Source: Lachnospiraceae bacterium
GTDB taxonomy: Bacteria; Bacillota; Clostridia; Lachnospirales; Lachnospiraceae
Direction of reading: 5' to 3'
DNA: 64,000 nucleotides
NCBI GenBank assembly: GCA_017536965.1
Contig: JAFWCK010000126.1
Span: 709 to 64,708 of the forward strand
Shown: positions 37,927-43,143 of the stretch, in pieces
How the letters are laid out: each line of letters starts with the position of its first letter
Position numbering within the stretch: position 1 is the stretch's first letter
Translations under genes and position numbers: made by a program
Notes under the pieces: model-generated
Database searches by the model: none
Seen by the model: only the letters and a program-made list of their open reading frames with translations
What the model was told of the DNA's origin: nothing

Positions 37927-38138
37927 TATTTCTCCTGTCTCATATTCCAGCGTTCAACAACTCTCCGGCTTACCACATCAAGAGTATTAATCGGATTGTT
38001 GCCAACAGCCAGCCAATCGTTATTAATGCACCGGGTACACTTCACTTTGACAATGTGTCGGGGTTTTCCCTCGCTGTATTCTTCGATCAGCTCTGCCGGG
38101 CTGCCACAATATTTACAATTCGATAATTTCATATTCAA
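37926..38138 (-). CDS. Lar-family-like zinc-ribbon protein (restriction alleviation-like)
   Basis: 70 aa; CKYCG...CTRC plus C-terminal VVERWNMR, resembling the Lar CxxC...CxxC...AWNRR pattern. Confidence 0.5.
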   Translation of the reverse strand: MNMKLSNCKYCGSPAELIEEYSEGKPRHIVKVKCTRCINNDWLAVGNNPINTLDVVSRRVVERWNMRQEK

Positions 38139-38210
38139 CGATATTTCCTCATTTGTCTTTCTGATCCATCAAAGGGGAATCGCCTCTCTCAAAAGAGCGA
38201 TTTCCCCCTT

Positions 38211-38262
38211 TCTAGAAATTTCTAAAAATTTCTAAAAATTAAGAAAAATTTCTAACCTCGGA
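38211..38262. repeat. AT-rich tract with four AAATTTCTA(A/G) repeats, candidate DNA-unwinding element
   Basis: TCTAGAAATTTCTAAAAATTTCTAAAAATTAAGAAAAATTTCTAACC. Confidence 0.55.
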
Positions 38263-38301
38263 AACCCTAGGGGGACAAGGCTTTGCAGAATCGCCACCCG
38301 A

Positions 38302-38383
38302 AGTAATACGGAGCTTTAGCGGTAGTAATACGGAGCTTTAGCGGTAGTAATACGGAGCTTTAGCGGTAGTAATACGGAGCTTT
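38302..38383. repeat. Iterons: 22-bp direct repeat AGTAATACGGAGCTTTAGCGGT x 3.7
   Basis: Perfect copies at 38302, 38324 and 38346, plus a 16-bp partial copy at 38368 that abuts the Rep-like stop codon. Confidence 0.9.
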
Positions 38384-39259
38384 TTACTCTCCCGGCATCT
38401 CAAAAATCACAAGTCTTTCAGCAAAGGAATGATAGTTTTCGCCCGGGTCAATCGGCTTGTCATATCTCCAGTCATTGATCACCCCGGCTCTTTTGATCAC
38501 ATCTAAATTTGCTTCAAAAGGTTTTCTGATCCTGTCTCGCCAACTGTCACGCTGTTTTAAAACGTTCTCGTAATCCGGCAAGCTGGACACATTGAGCAGC
38601 GTTCCCACCTTTAACCGATCCGATGATCCTTTACCTCTGTTGCCCTTGTTCCCGGAATGGGTGATGATCTTTGAGGCTATAGCATAGGCTGTTTGATTCT
38701 TTCCGCTGATCCGCATCAGCTCTTTTGGAATTTTCACTAAAGGCTTTTTATGAAGATACTCCGCAAAAGTCTGTCCGAATCTCATTGTGATCCTGTTCCG
38801 TTTAACCTCTCCTACACTATCCAGCAGATTGACACTCTGCCACCTTTTGCCGTCATCCCACGAAAGCTGGACAGCCTGTAAGGTTTTCAAGTCCTGTCTA
38901 ATCTGCTCGTGTGCGTGATCTCTCCGGCTCTTTGTGCTTATGTCATATCCCACAAGGCAGCAGTACTCATCAAAAGGAATCGTGACAGGGCGGTTGATCG
39001 TCTTGCTTTTTCCGAATCCGTTTTGAATCGTGAAAGCAGCAAGCCCGGCAATCAGCAGATTATTTGTCCCAACGCCGAGACCGCTTTTCAATCCGAATTT
39101 ATGCAACCCGAAATCCACTCCGAGCTTATTAATCCTAACTTCGCCTGTGACAGAATCGGCAGCAGCCCTTTTGCTAGTGACTGCTGCCATTGCATCAATA
39201 GGCTTTGCGTGATGAATGGTCAGCACTTCCGGCATTGTTCCGGGCTTTTCATTCTTCAT
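38384..39259 (-). CDS. Putative replication initiator (Rep-like, winged-helix type)
   Basis: ORF 38384..39355. I prefer ATG 39259 (MKNEKPG), which overlaps the Xis-like stop by 11 nt. Adjacent to the iterons. Similarity to Rep proteins is only pattern-level (NQTAYAIASKIITH). Confidence 0.45.
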   Translation of the reverse strand: MKNEKPGTMPEVLTIHHAKPIDAMAAVTSKRAAADSVTGEVRINKLGVDFGLHKFGLKSGLGVGTNNLLIAGLAAFTIQNGFGKSKTINRPVTIPFDEYCCLVGYDISTKSRRDHAHEQIRQDLKTLQAVQLSWDDGKRWQSVNLLDSVGEVKRNRITMRFGQTFAEYLHKKPLVKIPKELMRISGKNQTAYAIASKIITHSGNKGNRGKGSSDRLKVGTLLNVSSLPDYENVLKQRDSWRDRIRKPFEANLDVIKRAGVINDWRYDKPIDPGENYHSFAERLVIFEMPGE

Positions 39260-39470
39260 CTGCTGCCTCAAGCTGTACGGTATCGTTTTCGGAAAAGTAC
39301 TCGTCAATTTTCCGAAGATCATATACACATCTTTTCCCAATCCGTTTTTCCGCACCGATCTTTACGGCTGTTACTTTTGCTGTTTGAGTTCCTACTCCCA
39401 TATAATCGGCAGCAGCTCTCAAGTTCACAAAGCGTTTGTCATTGTTTGCGTCAACATTTCTAAATTTCAT
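39249..39470 (-). CDS. Excisionase/AlpA-like small HTH DNA-binding protein
   Basis: 73 aa; FVNLRAAADYMGVGTQTAKV HTH; first gene of the leftward operon. Confidence 0.55.
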   Translation of the reverse strand: MKFRNVDANNDKRFVNLRAAADYMGVGTQTAKVTAVKIGAEKRIGKRCVYDLRKIDEYFSENDTVQLEAADEE

Positions 39471-39497
39471 TATTCTTTACCTCGTTTTTTTATATTT

Positions 39498-39542
39498 TGA
39501 AGTACTTCATGTTGACAGAATACAGTCCATAAGGTGTATAAT
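39498..39542. promoter_or_regulatory. Divergent switch region: 12-bp palindrome TGAAGTACTTCA plus a rightward TTGACA / TGTATAAT promoter
   Basis: Palindrome 39498-39509; TTGACA 39512-39517; TGTATAAT 39535-39542. Confidence 0.55.
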
Positions 39543-39587
39543 CAATTTGTCAATAGATTAAATTTTAGTGAGGTATATAAAAGAAAT

Positions 39588-40268
39588 ATGTCTAATTCAT
39601 TTTACACATTCACGCAAGAAGAATTGAAAACGATCAGCAACAGATTACAAGCAAAAATGCAAGCTGCCGGAATATCGCAGCGACAGCTTGCGAATAAGAG
39701 CAAGGTCTCTCGTGCCAATATCAACGACATGATAAACGGACATTATTCTTCTGACGGTAGCAACGAGAAAGTGTTCCGCAATCACAAGCCGGAAACATAC
39801 AAAAAAATATGTGACGGTTTTGATATATTAGGCGAAGTATGCAGCATGGAATATCTACTCGGAGAGGTGAGGCAATCGACACACGATCTACAATTCATCT
39901 GTGATTACACCGGGCTATCAGAGGAAGCTGTGAGAAAACTGCACGAACAGAAATCAGACCCTCTAAATCTGCTTCAACTACAAGTTTTATCTACCGCTAT
40001 TGCAAAAACCGATCTGTCTGCTCGTATGGCTGATTATTGGCAGCTACAGCCAGCAAGCGAATCAGCTAATATAACATTGGAATACCGAGAAAAAAATATC
40101 ATCAATCACACCATTACTACCGGGGCAACAGAAAGCAAACATACTGATCCGAGTATCAGAATCAATGGGGTGGACATAGGCTTGCAGACCGTCAAAGAAG
40201 TTGTTCTAAAGGAAATCCAAAAAGAATTAGAGCTTATGATTAAAGAGGATCAGAAGAAACCTCGCTGA
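39588..40268 (+). CDS. XRE-family HTH regulator with an uncharacterised C-terminal domain of about 150 aa (candidate element repressor)
   Basis: ORF 39534..40268, but its first ATG overlaps the -10 box. ATG 39588 follows GTGAGGT. HTH ISQRQLANKSKVSRANINDMINGH. Confidence 0.65.
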   Translation: MSNSFYTFTQEELKTISNRLQAKMQAAGISQRQLANKSKVSRANINDMINGHYSSDGSNEKVFRNHKPETYKKICDGFDILGEVCSMEYLLGEVRQSTHDLQFICDYTGLSEEAVRKLHEQKSDPLNLLQLQVLSTAIAKTDLSARMADYWQLQPASESANITLEYREKNIINHTITTGATESKHTDPSIRINGVDIGLQTVKEVVLKEIQKELELMIKEDQKKPR

Positions 40269-40292
40269 TTATATTTGACATTTGTTCACCTT

Positions 40293-40380
40293 GATTTTCC
40301 TTGTAAAATTTTTTCGGGGTCGTGTTTTTTCTGAAAATATTTTTCGGGGGTAATTTTCCCTTGAAAAATTTTTTGAGGGT
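40293..40380. repeat. Three tandem direct repeats of about 29 bp (TTG-AAAAT-TTTTCGGGGT type)
   Basis: Units at 40293-40323, 40324-40351 and 40352-40380. Confidence 0.8.
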
Positions 40381-40634
40381 CAAGGTACCATGGCATGTTT
40401 TTTTGCCTGCCTCTCACGTGCAATATACTCTTCCCCTTTTCCTCGGGGGTTCCCTACCGTTTCTCTTTTTCCTTTTTGGAGCAGCTTCACAAGGTGTTAC
40501 CGGGGTTTCACATACTCCATTTAAGTAAAGCAAAGGTATATTTCAAATCATAAAAAGGAGACAACACAAAAAGACAAACAAGAACAACACCACAGACCAC
40601 CAACAATATAGATCTAGAATGATGTAAACAGTAT

Positions 40635-40675
40635 AAAAAAACAGTCTCTTTTTAAGAAAAAAGACTGCTTTTTCA
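40635..40675. terminator. Bidirectional intrinsic terminator inside the element
   Basis: CAGTCTCTTTTT-AAG-AAAAAAGACTG with an A-run before it and CTTTTT after it. Confidence 0.65.
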
Positions 40676-41049
40676 TATAAAACAGCTGCAAAAAAGGTCA
40701 AAAACGATGCAATTTAATGCTGATTTGTGTCTATTTTATTCTATTTTCATGGCTCCTACGAATCGGTTAATTGTGTTTGATACGGTTAAGTATGATAGAG
40801 AATCTTTCCCTGTTTCTGTAAATGTTGGACACGGTATAGTCGACAGCAAGTATCATATCTACGATATAACAGAAAGCATAAAAAATACCGCCGTCTTGGA
40901 GCGGGTCGGAGACTTGCGCTCTGATAGCGATATTTCTTTAAATATTTTTTATCACAAGCAGTAGAAAATAGCAAGCTTTCTCGTTCCTTCAATTCGACGG
41001 GCAAACAACTACAATGGTTAAATCATTTGCAAAAATCGTACGTTGCAAT

Positions 41050-41250
41050 TTACTGCTGATTTGTGTCTATTTTATTCTTGTTTTTTTCGTAGCTCCTGCC
41101 AGAATTGAAGCCGACTACAAAACCGTAATCGATCAGTCTGAACGGTGTCCCTTCTGCCAGAGAATAGATGGCGCTCATATCCTTCGCGGTCAGCATTCTC
41201 GATTCAGGTATTTTTGTTTCGTCAACGATCTTCTTCACGTTTCTATTCAT
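41050..41250 (-). CDS. Hypothetical small protein (66 aa)
   Basis: ORF track; the start overlaps the stop of the upstream 63-aa ORF by 8 nt. Confidence 0.45.
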   Translation of the reverse strand: MNRNVKKIVDETKIPESRMLTAKDMSAIYSLAEGTPFRLIDYGFVVGFNSGRSYEKNKNKIDTNQQ

Positions 41251-41434
41251 GGTCTACCTCTCCTGTGATCCATTGTCTCTGCTGCATTTCCTGTATTCCT
41301 GCTTTTATTCCGGCTTCGTCCTTTGCAATTATCAATATCTGCCCTGTAATCAGATCAACGTGAAACCGATTCTCTGCTCCGGCATCAATAACTGCTGTTA
41401 CATTCTCTCCCATGTTCTGAATCTTTTCAACCAT
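41243..41434 (-). CDS. Hypothetical small protein (63 aa)
   Basis: ORF track; strong AAAGGAG RBS 9 nt upstream of the ATG. Confidence 0.5.
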   Translation of the reverse strand: MVEKIQNMGENVTAVIDAGAENRFHVDLITGQILIIAKDEAGIKAGIQEMQQRQWITGEVDHE

Positions 41435-41568
41435 GTTCTTATTCTCCTTTCAGTATGCCTCGATCTGATAACTTTTTCAGACCCGATTGAGGTAAAAATT
41501 GAGGTAATTGTTTGAACAAGACATAAAAAATGCTGGAAACTCAAGGTCTCCAGCATTATTATTACGTT

Positions 41569-41591
41569 TCTGCCAGTTCCGCCACACTCGC
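41569..41591. repeat. attR core: orphan 5' fragment of tRNA-Leu(UAG)
   Basis: Identical to 34209-34231. Lies 4 nt downstream of the stop of the 41596..43041 gene. Sequence diverges from the tRNA after nt 23. Confidence 0.85.
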
Positions 41592-41595
41592 CTTT

Positions 41596-43041
41596 TTATT
41601 CCTGTCCGGAGCTGGAAACATCCGGTGTTGGCACTGTCTCTGATTCCGGTTCAGTTTCCGGCTGTGCATCCCGGGAAAGAGTATCTACAAATACTACATT
41701 TCCTTCCAGGGCTTCCATTGCCTTATCATATTTGAAATCCAGGTTTGTGAATAAATACAGCCATTCTTCCCCGGACTGCTCCTTGAACTCTTCTAATGTA
41801 TAAGTATCGTTATATCCGCTTCTTGCCATATACTCTACGATTGCCTGATCTACTTCCTCGTCTGTATAGGTCAATTCTTTATCCTTAAAGATCTGATCGA
41901 TCAGCATGATCAGGTTCAGATAATAATGTGCTTCATCCAATGCATAGTCCTCTGCAGAGGTATAGCCATACATTTGTGCATAGGTATCTGCATCATAACC
42001 ATACATTGCAGCATTGTATTCCAGAGACTTTTTCGTATAATTCACCAGATTTGCTTCCTGCTCAGGATCATAGGTCTTTACAACTTGTTTCGCCTGCAGG
42101 TCCTGCATCATAGCTTCATGCAGATAAAAATGATAGATGTAATCACGGATATATTCTTTCAGTTCATCTACTGTATTCAGCTGCTTCGGCAGGTAGTTGT
42201 AAGAATAGTCTTTTACAAAATCATCATTGCACTCCGGCGTTTCATTCTTGGTTCTGGATTTGATCGTTATCTCAAACACAGCAGGTTTTCCAGCCAGATC
42301 TTTATTATCATAATCTTCCGGGAAGACGACGTTAACATTAACGGTCGATCCGATTTTCTGTCCAACAAGGCCTTCTTCAAATCCGGCAATATATCTGCCA
42401 GCTCCGACTGTACAGGATTGATTTTCTGCTGTTCCGCCAGCAAATTCTTCTCCTGTTGCAGTCAGTTTACCTTTAAAATCTATTGTCAGAAGATCTCCTT
42501 CTGCAACCGTTCCTTCAGTTTCCTGGATCTGTTTGGTTTGAGACTGCACCAGGCTCTGCAGATAACTGTCAACTGTTTCATCTGTTACTTCCACAGCAGA
42601 ATTCAGAACCTCGATGCGGGAGTAATCTGCCATTTCCATCTCTGCTTCGACCGGTTTTTCCGGGAATTTGATCCAGTTCAATTTATAAGCAACAAAACCA
42701 AGGCAAGCCAGAACGATCACTGCGCAGACAACGATGACGATCACATTCGTCTTGTCCAGTTTCTTTTTCTTTTTGATAATTGGCTTTTCCGCTGTTTTAC
42801 CAGTTGCTTGTTCCAGTTTCTCGGATGCTTCTTCTACTTTCTCAGCTGCCTCTTCCACTTTTTCTTCTGCAGCTTCTACTGCCGCTTCCGCTTCCTGAAC
42901 AGCTTCCTCAGCATTTTCCACTGTTTCTTCCACAGTTTCTTTTGCCTCAGCAACCGTCTCTTCAGCAGTTTCTGCTGCCTCAGCGACCGTCTCTTCTGCG
43001 GCATCTGTCATGTTTTCCAAGTCTTTTTTCATTTCTTCCAT
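41596..43041 (-). CDS. Membrane-anchored trigger-factor-like protein (acidic N-terminal repeats, TM helix, FKBP-type PPIase and TF C-terminal-like region)
   Basis: 481 aa; AEETVAEA-type acidic repeats; TM VIVIVVCAVIVLACLGFVAY; PPIase block GDLLTIDFKGKL...FAGG...IAGFEEGLVG. Confidence 0.6.
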   Translation of the reverse strand: MEEMKKDLENMTDAAEETVAEAAETAEETVAEAKETVEETVENAEEAVQEAEAAVEAAEEKVEEAAEKVEEASEKLEQATGKTAEKPIIKKKKKLDKTNVIVIVVCAVIVLACLGFVAYKLNWIKFPEKPVEAEMEMADYSRIEVLNSAVEVTDETVDSYLQSLVQSQTKQIQETEGTVAEGDLLTIDFKGKLTATGEEFAGGTAENQSCTVGAGRYIAGFEEGLVGQKIGSTVNVNVVFPEDYDNKDLAGKPAVFEITIKSRTKNETPECNDDFVKDYSYNYLPKQLNTVDELKEYIRDYIYHFYLHEAMMQDLQAKQVVKTYDPEQEANLVNYTKKSLEYNAAMYGYDADTYAQMYGYTSAEDYALDEAHYYLNLIMLIDQIFKDKELTYTDEEVDQAIVEYMARSGYNDTYTLEEFKEQSGEEWLYLFTNLDFKYDKAMEALEGNVVFVDTLSRDAQPETEPESETVPTPDVSSSGQE

Positions 43042-43143
43042 GTAATGACCTCACAATTATTATTTATCGTTTCGCATTCCAAACGATTCTACCACAGCAT
43101 TTTATATTTATAAAGTTAAAAAACTGTGAATCTTCCCGTGTAT

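Larger units (their letters stand above)
34209..41591. mobile_element. Integrated 7.36-kb element (integrase, DnaB-like helicase, iteron origin, Rep-like protein, Xis-like protein, XRE repressor) in the 5' end of tRNA-Leu(UAG)
   Basis: Exact 23-bp direct repeat TCTGCCAGTTCCGCCACACTCGC at 34209-34231 and 41569-41591. The integrase lies next to the left repeat and TTGAGGTA arm-type repeats occur at both ends. Confidence 0.85.

Noticed and set aside
38302-38383. Possible CRISPR array (regular direct repeats); also considered for 40293-40380
   Set aside because: The repeats are contiguous with no spacers, there are only 3-4 units, and no cas genes are present. They fit iterons or binding-site arrays.
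40293-40964. Type III toxin-antitoxin layout (tandem repeats, terminator, toxin ORF)
   Set aside because: The terminator is 260 bp away from the repeats. The only downstream ORF is 85 aa with a weak RBS, much smaller than ToxN/AbiQ-type toxins.
40786-41004. 72-aa minus-strand ORF between the duplicated 34-mers
   Set aside because: It is an R/Y/C-rich low-complexity translation without an RBS. I leave the region as unresolved and discuss it in the findings.
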